A stretch of DNA of 64,000 nt from Dimorphilus gyrociliatus (Eukaryota; Animalia; Annelida): NCBI GenBank assembly GCA_904063045.1, contig CAJFCJ010000009.1, positions 166,942-230,941 on the forward strand. Direction: 5' to 3'. The position numbers and the translations under genes were made by a program. Below are positions 13,059-25,725 of the stretch, piece by piece. A model generated the notes under the pieces. The model saw only the letters and a list, made by a program, of their open reading frames with translations. It did no database searches and was not told the origin of the DNA. Position 1 is the stretch's first letter. Every line of letters begins with the position of its first letter.

Positions 13059-15686
13059 ATGTCTAAAAGGTGAGAATTCCAACTTTCACTTTAGATTAAC
13101 ACTATTATAGTGAAACTTAAAAATTTGATATTTCTTCATAGAAATGCCAATAGAAAAACGATTGAGAAGAATTCAGACAAATCACTTCTAGATAATCACT
13201 ATGTTGAAGAATTAAAAGAGAAAACATGCCTTCAACATATACAGTTAGAAGCGAATGTAATATTATGATTAATATTCAATATTTCCGAGAAAGTAACTTT
13301 CCGTCTTTGCAGGTTTGCGTTTGTCAGTGGCAGAAATTTAGGTTGTCCAATATAGTAGAGGAAAATGTTGATTTCTTTAAGGTAAAAGAATAAAACATAT
13401 ACATAGACATATACTTACCAAAGTTTCCTCCATAGAAATTTACTGAGCGAGTTAATGAATTAGTTAAAAAAATTCACCATGCGGTAAATATCTTTATTGG
13501 CGAGTGTACTAAATTTAAAAATGAGGAAAGAACATTTGTTGAAATATCAACAAAATGTATCAATTCCCTGGATAAAGTGTAAGTAAGCATTTTATTTGTA
13601 AAATAGTTAACTTATAGATGCCTTTAAATATATCTATATATAGCATGTCTCTATTCATCCAAGGGATACAAGAGTTTGATATCATGTTACAAAATATGGG
13701 TAAAAACTCAGAAATCTTGAATTATTGCGACTCGCTGAATTGTAAAGATATAATAGAAAAGCACACTTTAATGTATTCAAATGAAAAACTAACAGGAGAT
13801 ATAAAAGCCTTGAATAATGACCTTACGCAGCTAATAAACCAATTTCTTATTATTCTGTTACCAACAACTGAAACTGTCAAGGCAGAAAAGCGTCTTGCTA
13901 CAAAGGCTCACTTTATTTTACGCTTAATGTGCAGTGAGGCTATGAACGTGACAAGTTCCACAGGAATTAAGCAAACAAACATAATGCAAGAGACGCAACA
14001 GGCGAACAAAAAAGAAAAGCAATTTATTAAATCTTCCTTCGAATTTCACAATAAAAATCCAAATAAAATTATTGATTCTAATAAAATGGTTAATTTTGAA
14101 TTTAATTCGGGATTAAAGAATAACTCTGAAACTAAGGATAGACCGAAATCAGATAGAGATAATGCAGTCGCAGCCTTCAGATATTACTTACATATTGACT
14201 TGAAAAAATTCACATGGAATAATCGGGAATTTAATTTGCATATCGATACGAGAGCGTTTGTAATTATTTCACAAACATCCCAAACTATACAAGCAAAAGC
14301 GAATATGAGCTGGCTTAGACTTTTTGGAAATGCTGTTGAGAAACCTTGGAGTGAATTCAAGAAAATTTTGATAGAACATTACTATGCAAATACCGGACGA
14401 CATTTAACAACCGAACAAGTCAACTATTTGAGACACAGATTCCGTAAGAGTTAAAATTTCACTTATTCTATCCAACCTCAAATAATATATTCACTTTTTT
14501 ATCTTTACTAGTGTTGAATGATGACAGCAGTGCCATCTCTCTTCAGGATCTTTTAACGGTATAAATAAATATTTTCTAAACATTTTATTCACTTACTTTG
14601 TATTTAAAATAGAAAAAATATCCGGAGAGACATAGCCCCCGAACAAATGAAGATAGACTTCATAAAAAGAGTTTTACTCCTTGGCATTGGTTTGTCACAT
14701 GCACCAATTCACTAACTTCACAGAAAGTAAATAAATATTGGCAGACAAGGTAAAAAGAAAAATTCTTGTGCATTAATTTTATCGAAAGCTAATTGTTTTT
14801 CACTTTAGATTGGTTTATGGCTTTATAAGTAAGGGCTACGCTGAAAGAATTCTTGCAGATTATGACAATGGAACTTTCCTCGTCCGTTTTGCCGAGAGTA
14901 GAATAGAAGCTACTCAAGGAGCATCACCCCAAGCAAATTTTACACTAGCAGTGAAACAAGACAACCAAATTTACCATCTACAGGATTTTTTAACTTACAA
15001 GGAATTGGAACAGAGAAACTTGGATTTATACGAGACACTAAATGAAATGAAAATTTACGGAACTGGAAGGAAACTAGTTAGCAACGGCAAAGTTATACTT
15101 AGTCCTATTGAATATCAAAAATTGGAAACTCAATCTTTCCAGCAGGCACTAGCAAATAATATCGAGGAATCACGTAAGAAAAGTTATTTCTGTTATTAAA
15201 GCAACTTTATTGTATTTTTCTTGATCAGCTGGAGAAGATGAATATAATGCTGAGAGGGTAAACTACCAAGTTGTTCTCAGATCAAATAACAAGAGGTATA
15301 ACTATTTGTAATTATGCAAGGATAAAACGATTGTTTATTATTTCTTTTTAAAATTCAGGAGTCAATATACATTCATTCCGGAATTCAATGGAAATTCAGA
15401 TGAATTTGAACCACCTACGCCAGCTGTGCAAGAACCCCCTACACCAATCTTTCAAGAAGATATTCTTTCTCCAAACTCCCAGAATAGTTGCCATACGATC
15501 GATTATGACTTTTTGCAACTACAGACACATAGTTCGGAAGTGCTGGAAACTGACAAAAATTTCCAGGCACAAGTTGATACTTTTCTAAACAACCTATCAG
15601 CCTCCTCAACAGATAATGATTTTCCTATGCTGTCAGAAGATTTGAATATAACGGTGCAAGATTGGTCCTCTCCAATGGAAACCTAA
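13059..15686 (+). CDS. STAT: Divergent STAT-family transcription factor, 10 exons (13059-13069, 13142-13256, 13313-13381, 13436-13578, 13644-14443, 14512-14558, 14613-14749, 14809-15173, 15229-15295, 15359-15686), about 693 aa
   Basis: STAT linker/SH2 signature SFTPWHWF...YWQTRLVYGFISK...DNGTFLVRFAES. DBD/linker-like AFVIISQ...ANMSW...KPWSEF...HLTTEQVNYL. Exon phases all consistent. In-frame TAA two codons upstream of the ATG. Confidence 0.85.
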
Positions 15687-15729
15687 TTTAACTTGTAGTG
15701 AAGAAAACATTTACAAATTACACAAACTT

Positions 15730-17598
15730 TCACCAAAATTTTATTGTTAGATGTTTGCAATGCAATATCGATATAATAATATTTAAACTTAATAAATAGA
15801 TGGATAGTATTGAAAATGCTGACGAATCGTCCAGTTTTACTGTATTGAAACGCATATTTACTGCTCCGGTCATGAGATTTGCTAATAGAAAATAAATGAG
15901 ACCATTTCTATTAGTAGCTTTAAGTAAACAGAACTTTTCACCTTGAAATTATTAATTAATTCATAATTTAATATTAAAAATAAATAAATATTATATATTA
16001 CTTCTCTTTGGTAGAATTTGTATCCTTTTTAAAAATTCTAATAATAACTCTAGGCCTATAAATGAACAAATGACCGATATGCTGGCAGATATCTGAAGAA
16101 TAATAAAACATTAATTAAAACTTGTTTATTCATTTATGTTATTTCTGTTTGTTTTTGATTGCTATTATTTTTATTTAATTAAAACTTTACCATCCAAATA
16201 CAATACGAAAAATTTGCCATTCTTCTACTAATGTTATCAATATTATTCCTTAATATATATAGAAAAAACCAAAGGAAGCAATCTAATAGTAATATTTGGA
16301 GAAAAATCTTAATCCAATCTTTCATTGTTTGCTTTCTTTTACATATAAAGAAGAGATAGAGGGAAGAAACGAAAGAAAAATAAATTAAAATGTTTCAAAT
16401 AAGGAAATGTATAGAAATGTAAATAAATCAACCTGTAATTGAATAGTAGTGATCCGAACCATACGGAAAAGAGATAAATTGATAAATAGCCTATGCATGA
16501 TATAATTCCTTCTTTATTCGCGTTTAGTAGACCACTTCTATCAGTTTCGTTAAGGATATATGATTTAAATTTAAGTTGAAGTAATATTTCGTGACATGTG
16601 ACACAAATGACGCTACTTATCAAGTTTCCAATCGTATTTCTAAACACGAATAGCGATGATAAGATCTATGGAAAATGACCATTATTCATGAGATTCTTTT
16701 ATAATTCTACAATAAATCTACCTTAACAATTGCCAAAGTAAAAAAAAAATTCCAATGAATTCCATATTCTGTCACGTGTTCATGGTAATCTGTCGCCTTT
16801 AATGAATACAATCTCCCAAAGCCTAAGCCAATCAATGGTAAACTTGAAATAAGGTTTTTTTTGATATTTCTCCAAAAGGAACTATAAAGAATAGAATAAG
16901 GAAAATTATAAGGAAATTGGAGAATTTTTCTCTTACTTATCAACCCCTGATTTACCAGTTGCCTGAGGTGAAACTATACCGTTTGCAAAGACAAACGACC
17001 CTACTCCAATGTCCATAAGGCCTGTTCCAAAATTTTCTGTTTTAGCAAATCTTCTAGGGCATACTGAAAAATCTATTGCCAATATAAGAATAGCAGTTCC
17101 AATATTAGCATATGATCGAAAATGAGTTATTCCTGGAATTTCATTTGCAAAGGTATCTTGAAAAAATTTATTAATTTCTTCCTTAATAGAGATTTTCTTT
17201 CTACCAGCTTTTTCTAGCTGGGGTATTACCAATAAAAATCCTACTATTATTAATGTTGTTATAATGTATAATTCGTATAAAAAGTTTGATCCAATTGTTG
17301 ACGCTACTAGCATCGGAATGATTAAAACGAAAAAGTCCAGAATAAATTTTAATCTAAAAAAATAGTTAAGAATTATTATTAGTAACATTTCTTAATAATG
17401 ATAGTAATATATTTTATCATCAGACCCTGTATTTATAAAAGCGTCTTTCAAAAGAAAAGCAACAATAAGTTCTTTTAAAAGAAAGAGTAATATCGGATAA
17501 AATTGGACGAAAGCTATCTCTGTGATTGATGTGCCTGTCAAATTTGATATAAATTTTTCATGCTCTTCCTTTTTTGTCAAAATTGTAGGCATTTTCAT
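15730..17598 (-). CDS. PIGW: GPI inositol acyltransferase PIG-W (GWT1 family), multi-exon
   Basis: [13 protein letters not shown]; [31 protein letters not shown]; [16 protein letters not shown]; [12 protein letters not shown]; C-terminal [19 protein letters not shown]...IKFW* (TGA at 15730-15732). Confidence 0.93.
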
Positions 17599-17822
17599 TA
17601 ACTAAATAATACTTTTCCAACTTATACTTGTCAATTTAATGAACCGTCTGAAAACAGGAACATCTGTTTACCAGTTGACTAAAAACGAAATATTCACTTT
17701 AGGAAAAATTGATTTTCGCTCATGTCGTTTGGTTTGCGATCATAAGAAAGGTTCTTTTTACATTTTTTGTTAAATTTCAAAAAGAAGTTAATAAGGCTCA
17801 ATATTGATTGTATTCTTTAAAG
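17599..17822. promoter_or_regulatory. Probable bidirectional promoter shared by PIGW and PPIL4
   Basis: Only 224 bp separate the two divergent start codons. Confidence 0.6.
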
Positions 17823-19787
17823 ATGTCAGTACTCATTGAGACGTCAATCGGAAGTCTTGTTATTGATCTTTATCCTGATGAAAGACCAAATTGTAAGCTT
17901 TAGTTTTCATTCAGCATGTTTGTTATTATTTAACTCACATTTAATTAATTTCAGGCAGTAAAAATTTCTTAAAGCTGTGCAAAATAAAGTATTATAACTT
18001 CAGTCTATTTCACTCAATTCAAGTAAGCTATCTATTTCATATTCTGTTTTATGAACATATGTTAATTACCCGGCTTCTTTTACCAGAGAAATTTATCTGC
18101 TCAAACTGGAGATCCATCAGGAACTGGGAAAGGAGGAATATCAATTTTTGGGTAGATTATTACTATCAATATCAGTTATAATGTACATATTAGTTAATTC
18201 TGTAGAAAGTGCTATGGAGAGCAAGCCAATTATTTTGAAGCAGAAACAAAACCAAGAATCAAGCATAGAAAGATGGGAGCTTTATCAATGGTCAATAACG
18301 GAAGTAATATGCATGGATCTCAATTCTTTGTAACATTAGCTCCAGACTTGGATTATTTAGATGGAGTTCACACAGTTTTTGGTGAGGTTGCGGAAGACAA
18401 AGATAATGTTTTAGAGAAACTAAATGAGGCCTATTGCGATGAAGATCATAGACCGTATAGAGATATTAGGTAAAATTCAATGAATCAACAGTCATTAATA
18501 TCATTTTAAATAACTTTATTCCTTAGAATTTTACATACGATTATTCTTGACGATCCATTTGATGATCCGGAAGGTCTTGCTGCGTTAATACCAGACAGAT
18601 CTCCAGAACCAACTAAAGAACAATTAGAAGTATACTTTAATTATATTTGCCTCTTATGTATTTATTGCATCATTCCGATTTTACAAACAGACTGTTCGTA
18701 TTGGAATAGATGAAGAATTGGATGAACATAAAGGTAAAACTGCAGAACAAATTCAAGAAATGAACGAAAACAAGGAAGCAAAAGCAAATGCTCAAATACT
18801 CCAAATGGTCAGTAGAAAGAAACTAAAAAGAGAAGTTAAACATAACATTTTTAATAGATAGGAGATATACCAGATGCGGATATAAAACCACCAGATAACA
18901 TCTTGTTCGTATGCAAACTAAATCCAATAACAACTGATGAAGATTTGGAAATAATATTCTCAAGGTTTGGTAAAATTGAAAGGTAAGTGTTTAACTATTA
19001 CTATATAAAAAATTACCTATGAATATTAAAATGGTAACTATTATTATGATTAAATTTAGCTGTGAAATTATAAGAGACGATAAATCTGGAGAATCACTAC
19101 AATATGCATTTATTGAGTTTGAAAAGGTAGATTATTATAGTTTATGTTATACTTATTTATTATATGAATTATTAATTTATAGGCTGAAGATTGTGAAAGT
19201 GCTTATTTTAAAATGGATAATGTACTTATTGATGACAGAAGAATACACGTTGATTTCAGTCAATCTGTATCAAAATTACGTAAGAAGGATTTCCTTGATT
19301 CTGAAGGTCGAGTTAAATTAAAAATCAAGGACACTGCCCGTAAAGAGTAAGTTTACTACCAATATACTAAAAAAAAACACTGTTATTTATATTTTCCTTT
19401 TAGCAATAAATATGACTACGTTTTCTCCGATGAAGAGAAAGATGATTCTAAATCGAAAAAGCAAAGAAAACGCTCCAGGTCAAGATCAAGATCACATGAA
19501 CGTAATAGAAAAGAAGTAAGTTCTTTTACGTCTTAGAGTTCACAATATCTGAAACATATTGATCTTTCTTCCAATAGAGATATTACAGAGATACAAGGAG
19601 GGATCGTCGCGATCGCTATGATCGTAACGATCACCATCATCATCATCATAGAGACAGAAATCATCGACGAAGCAGATCCAGGGATAGGAACGATAGGCGC
19701 GATAAACGAGACAAATATGATAGCCACAACCGATACGAAACTTACAGGGAACGTAGAAACGATAGGAAGACTGAAAGAAGAAGATAA
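17823..19787 (+). CDS. PPIL4: Cyclophilin-RRM-RS protein PPIL4, multi-exon
   Basis: [17 protein letters not shown]; GSQFFVTL...[14 protein letters not shown]; [34 protein letters not shown]; [10 protein letters not shown]; R/D/S-rich tail ending TAA at 19785-19787. Confidence 0.93.
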
Positions 19788-20091
19788 AAGTAGATTTGTC
19801 ATGGAGCATAAACTATTAATAGTCATAGAGAAAACTCTCTTCACTTTTTTTACACACGTGACTGTACTTTGTAACTAGAACAGTTATTTCATTTATTTTC
19901 TTAAATATAGAATAAAAGTTGTCGATAAAAGTAGTGTATTGTGTATTCAATTGATGTAAGATAGAAATCCAATTCAAGGAACAACACTATTAATCATTTT
20001 GAAAAACAAAGCACAGTCTATTCGTTTAAGGAAAAGAATTATATATCCATGAACATTTGTCTGAGTGTCACTGATCTCACGGATTACAATC

Positions 20092-23000
20092 ATGAAGCAA
20101 CTATTTATTTCCACATTTTTCCTTAGTATTGGTTTTGATTTAAATTCTATCATTCTTATTCAAACTGCAAATACGGATTTAGGTAATGAGGAAAATACCT
20201 CAAAATTTCTAAAACTTTATTTAACGTTATCAATATATTGTCTGTTTAAGTAAAACAAGATTTAGCTCAAGTCGACCGGGATGTAGTTGACAAAGATTTA
20301 GTTCCGATCGCTCCCGTAGGTGACATCCCTGAAAGAGAATTAACTCCGATTGCTCCAGCCCCTCCAATTGACGATACATTAGTACGACCAACTGAATCCT
20401 GGGGAACTTGGGGTACATGGTCTTCATGTACAAGCACTTGCGGCAGTGGCTCACGAACAGCTACTAGAACATGCCTAACTTCAACATGCTCCCAAGGATC
20501 ATCAAAACGATCTGAAACCTGCAACGCGAACTCATGTCCAGGTAAGAACTTGTTTCATATTTTAAGGAAATATAAACAATTAACTACGTCAGTAAATGGT
20601 GGATGGTCTGCTTGGAGTGATTGGGGAAGCTGTAGTGTCACATGTGGAGCTGGGACTAGAGGAAGAACAAGACAATGTAATAATCCTAGTCCTTCAGAAG
20701 GGGGTTCTGAATGTTCTGGTTCAGGGGGGGATTCCGAAGAGTGTACTTTGAGAGCCTGTCCCAGTAAGTATTAGTAAATGTTTCATCGAGGTATTTCGAC
20801 GTTTTATTCATGTTCATCCTCAGTAAATGGTGGATGGTCTGCTTGGAGTAACTGGGGAAGTTGCAGTGTCACATGTGGAGCTGGGACAAGAGGAAGAACA
20901 AGACAATGTAATAATCCTAGTCCTTCAGAAGGGGGTTCTGAATGTTCTGGTTCAGGGGGGGATTCCGAAGAGTGTACTTTGAGAGCCTGTCCCAGTAAGT
21001 ATTAGTAAATGTTTCATCGAGGTATTTCGACGTTTTATTCATGTTCATCCTCAGTAAATGGTGGATGGTCTGCTTGGAGTAACTGGGGAAGTTGCAGTGT
21101 CACATGTGGAGCTGGGACAAGAGGAAGAACAAGACAATGTAATAATCCTAGTCCTTCAGAAGGGGGTTCTGAATGTTCCGGTTCAGGCGGGGATTCTGAA
21201 GAGTGTACTTTGAGAGCCTGTCCCAGTAAGTATTAGTAAATGTTTCATCGAGGTATTTCGACGTTTTATTCATGTTCATCCTCAGTAAATGGTGGATGGT
21301 CTGCTTGGAGTAACTGGGGAAGTTGTAGTGTAACATGTGGAACTGGGACAAGAGGAAGAACAAGACAATGTAATAATCCTAGTCCTTCAGAAGGGGGTTC
21401 TGAATGTTCCGGTTCAGGTGGGAACTCTGAAGAGTGTACTTTAAGTGCCTGTCCCAGTAAGTATTAGTAAATGTTTCATCGAGGTATTTCGACGTTTTAT
21501 TCATGTTCATCCTCAGTAAATGGTGGATGGTCTGCTTGGAGTAACTGGGGAAGTTGCAGTGTCACATGTGGAGCTGGGACTAGAGGAAGAACAAGACAAT
21601 GTAATAATCCTAGTCCTTCAGAAGGGGGTTCTGAATGTTCCGGTTCAGGCGGGGATTCTGAAGAGTGTACTATGAGTGCCTGTCCCAGTAAGTATATGTT
21701 TCATTGAGTTTTTCGAAACTTCATACGTTTTCCACTTTAGCAAGTGGGGGATGGTCTGCGTGGGGTGTTTGGGAAAGTTGTAGTGCAACATGTGGAAGTG
21801 GGATAAAAATCTCCAGAAGAGTCTGCACAAATTCTGGAGACCCTTGTGAAGGTGACGGGATACGATATGAAAATTGCCTATTAAGAAACTGTGGTAAGTT
21901 GTATTTAGTGGCTTAATATTTGAAAAATAAGAATCATTCTTAAAATGGAAGTCTCATTGTAATTAAAAGTAACAGTCACAAGCACTTATATAAAACTGTA
22001 TACAACACATTCTAACAACTTATAATTCTTAACAATTCATTCAATACTCGTAAGTTGTTTGGCTTTTTTAGAAAAGCAACTATATAGGTTAGAAAAACAC
22101 TGTGTCATGCTGCTTGAACAGTTCAAGTAAATAACTATGTTTTACAACTTTCCTCCATTTACAATGCTAAACAGAGATGATCGACATATTCTTTATTTTT
22201 GAAGAGATCAATACTAAGAGTGGTTCAACGATCGAGTGGAAAATTTTTAGTTTCGCTACTGCAAGATAATATGATTATGAGAAAAGAAAACTATAGAAAT
22301 TATTGAAAGGCAGAGATGAAGTGAAATGAAAGGATAATCTATTTGGATAAAGATATTTTTAATGAAAAGTTTTTAAAAGCTTTGCAATTGTTTTCTTAAA
22401 AAAGATATCATAATTGATAAAATTCTGTCTATAATTTCAATACTTAGATATTTGGCTAAGTAGTTGGTACAAGGCGATCGAACTTATGTACAAGGAACTA
22501 ATAGTTTATATCATTATGAAAATATTTCAATATATCTATTTTATAGCATTTGTTTGAAAAGTGTGATTTCTTCACACACTTTTCATTTGAGATTTAATTA
22601 ACCTTTGAACTTATACTGCAAAATTTTATCCTGCATTGTACACATTTGCGTATGTCATCTCCGCTGACATTGAAGGCGACATAAATATTGATGGAAGTGT
22701 CTGTTTTTCATAAATAGCTAATGGAAGTACTTGAAGAGCTCTGGATAAATTGAACTCAGATATACTATACATTATCAATAAACGCATTTCACGCCATGTG
22801 CTTATGTTTTATATTATTTGTGTATAAATCTAAGAGATTAACTACTGAACCCATATAATAAGAACAATACAATAAATTCAATAAAACATTGAATGAACAG
22901 TTCGAAGATATGCCATAAACGATTCATACTTTCTTAAAGTAAACATTCTGTTGAGTGCTAACTATTCATGATTTATTGCGTTTTACTATATAGTTCATTG

Positions 23001-23496
23001 AGAATCATTTGAATATGGTAAATAGTAGTAGAATATTTCTATTCAATCATTTAAAAATGTATATTTTTTATAGAAAAACAAAATTTAATTTAACTTCCCT
23101 TTGGGAATTTCTAACAGAAAAGACGAAACTGGTAGATCATTTTCTTTGCGATAAACTGGGCATTGTTTTGTTTCATCTGGACATACGGACCTGAATATCT
23201 AATCATTGATTTATATATCAATTCGATGTTTCTGCCGACAACTATAACTTGTTTTTCATTTTCAAGAGCTACAATTGAAGTTGGGAAAGGACCTTAGTAT
23301 CTCATAGACTAGTTTGAAAGCTCCTACAGCTTGTCTATCAAATATTTCTGTTTGATGGTGTGAATGAATGCTATTTGTGTTAAAGTTCTATAAAAGACCT
23401 AAAGCTTACTAAATACTACATAACTTTTCCACAGGTGAATCAAAGTCAAATAAATCCATTGCAGCCGACATAAAACGTTACGTAATTCTAGATTAG
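20092..23496 (+). CDS. Secreted protein with 7 thrombospondin type-1 repeats (exons 20092-20182, 20251-20541, five 171-nt exons, 21741-21893, probable last exon 23435-23496), about 483 aa
   Basis: Hydrophobic N-terminus, Pro/Asp-rich spacer, repeated WSxWSxW-x-CSVTCG...RTRQC motifs, all phase-1 introns. The terminal exon is the least certain part. Confidence 0.8.
20593..21687 (+). repeat. Tandem array of a 231-bp unit (171-nt TSP1 exon + 60-nt intron): 5 exons and 4 introns
   Basis: Exons at 20593, 20824, 21055, 21286 and 21517; introns at 20764-20823, 20995-21054, 21226-21285 and 21457-21516 read identically. Confidence 0.97.
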
Positions 23497-24542
23497 GCCT
23501 ATATCCGAAAAAATGACTTTAGGTCCTTCGAAAACTTGGAAAACGACTTCTCTCAGCATTACGTCAATGTTGAAGCCAACTTTTGAGAATATTAAAATAA
23601 ATCTGATTGGTTATTCAAATCCCTACTCCATCGTTCAATCAGATTCTTTTGAGAGCAAGCCTATTTTGCAGGGTTGTGAGTATTGGCTTCTCCTTGATAC
23701 AACACAACTATAACTATGGAATGATAAAGAAATGTGGGAGCGTTCTGATTACAATTACTTTCGGACATGGTATTCTGTTCGGCAGACGACCAATCATTAA
23801 TTCTGGTTGCTTCCCAAGCTGACATGGTTAAACCCCATGGTCTTTTGGTCATTTGATAAATAAGTTTAGCATAGAGCCAACAAATGGTCGAGAAGGTTTC
23901 GATGTTGGCTGAAGCGACACAAATAATAATTACAGCCCTTTTCTAATAAAAGCAATTATTCTGTTTACATCTTGTACGTCTAACTCTTTTTTTATGTATT
24001 GAACAGTATCAAATTGCTTCTTGTTGGAAAACCTTCTAGCCACATCAATAGTCCTAATTTTCTTGGAAATTTTACACTTGAACTAATTCCTTGCCAGGAT
24101 CGATGATCTTAAGAAAATAAGCAAACAGATCACTTCCGTTAGTATTATGAATGATACATAATGATTTATTTTTACATTTCTCATTATGTGAACCATATTA
24201 CTTTGACAGAATCCAACATCGCTGAAAACTATATTATGTAGTTGGCTAACATTCTTGCTCTTTCTCCTGCTTCTCTGTCCATTATCATTTCTTTCCATTC
24301 AGTTTCATCGTTCTGTTCTCTATTCCTCTCCTCCACTTTCTCTATCATTGTCTTTAACATAACAGTTTTTTTATATCATTTCTTAAATAAATATCTTATC
24401 ACTTGTGAAAGTGCAGTTGTTTATTAAAATGTTACTTTAAAAATTAGGATATTCGTACATTATGTTGGTACTTTATCTGTTCAATTGTACAAACTCTTGT
24501 ATTTATAATAAACCGTGTGATATAATACAATAACATTCAACT

Positions 24543-25725
24543 TTAACCTTTACAAAATGGCCTGTTTGAGTTTGTTGGTAAGTTAAAATTTCCTGTTTGA
24601 GAAGAACTTGCATCATAACCCATTATTGCACAATTTGAACAGCTACTACAACTGCTTGGTATGTTCCAATTGTCTGTGCACTTTTGTTTAGCATAAAATT
24701 TACAATTACCCAAAACAGACTCTGTAAAGTAAGCGCAAGCTCGACCATGGCTGCAAGCGATTCTTAAACCATTTTTCATTTTCAGGAAGCAACCTAAGTA
24801 TAGATATTTAAGCATTATATTGTATATTTAAATATTTAATTGGAAATAAACCTGGTTGAAAACCACCATTGTTGGGATAAAAATCAGCATGACCAAGTGC
24901 TTTTAGGGTTCCAAAATCTATAATTCCTCCATCTTTACCAGCGGTGTGAATTATGTCAACGAAATTGCCTCTTGTAGGATTTAAACCTGCTTCAATGTCG
25001 TAATTCTCGAAAAGTGGTCCGGCAGGATCTAATCCGGTAATTCTTGCAAATTTCTGCTTTTTACCAGCATGACCGCAAGTATGTGCACCTAAACTGTGTC
25101 CAACACACCACATTCTTGAGAGAGAGGATCCGCCATTGATAATCAAATTTTCGGCAGTTACTCCAATTTCGGCACCAACAACTCTGGTGTTAGAAGCAGC
25201 CCATGGGTAATCTATAGTTTCTGCTCCTCCACCCCATCCAGTAACAATTACGTTAACATCTTCCCTAATCAAGAAAGCATTTTTCATTTCAATTATCCAA
25301 TCTACATTCTCATTATTATTGAAGCCGTGAACGAGGAAAACAGTTCTCTTCACTCCTCTATACAATGACCTAAAGATGGCAGACAAATACAGTATGTTAA
25401 AGTTTATTCTTAGAGTATAAGTTGCCAAGAGGATAGAAAACTTACGGAATGCCGTTTCTATAAACCCTTTGTGGGCTATTTCTATTAGATCTTGTATACA
25501 AATTAAATATGGGTGAAATAACATCAGGGCAACTAGGTAAAGGAAGGTGATCAAAAGGACGGTTGTCGCTAAAACATCCTAATCCTGAGCAGCATATTTC
25601 TGCAGACCTAAGGACCAAAAATCAGAAAAACAATCCCACTAGCTCGTTAGGAAAAATTCAACTACTTACTCAGAATAACCAATGAAAAGTACAGAGAAAA
25701 GGTATAAGATTAATTTAAAAGACAT
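24543..25725 (-). CDS. Secreted pancreatic-lipase-family triglyceride lipase/phospholipase A1, 4 exons (25725-25670, 25607-25446, 25369-24852, 24793-24543), about 328 aa, no PLAT domain
   Basis: Signal peptide MSFKLILYLFSVLFIGYSE; ICCSGLGCFSDN; LVHGF; catalytic GHSLG, GLDPAGP and CSHGRA; GHADFYPN. Confidence 0.92.

Noticed and set aside
19533-19878. Overlapping ORFs at the PPIL4 3' end
   Set aside because: Alternative frames of the low-complexity R/D/S tail.
20764-20823. The repeated 60-nt intron as a mirtron
   Set aside because: The length fits, but the 5' and 3' ends do not pair; only a weak internal TCGA/TCGA stem is visible.
20593-21687. CRISPR-like appearance of the regular repeat array
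   Set aside because: No unique spacers; the units are TSP1 exons plus GT-AG introns in a eukaryotic gene; no cas genes.
20778-21707. Separate 75-78 aa ORFs beginning MFHRGIST
   Set aside because: The ATG and leader come from intron sequence; they are artefacts of the exon array.
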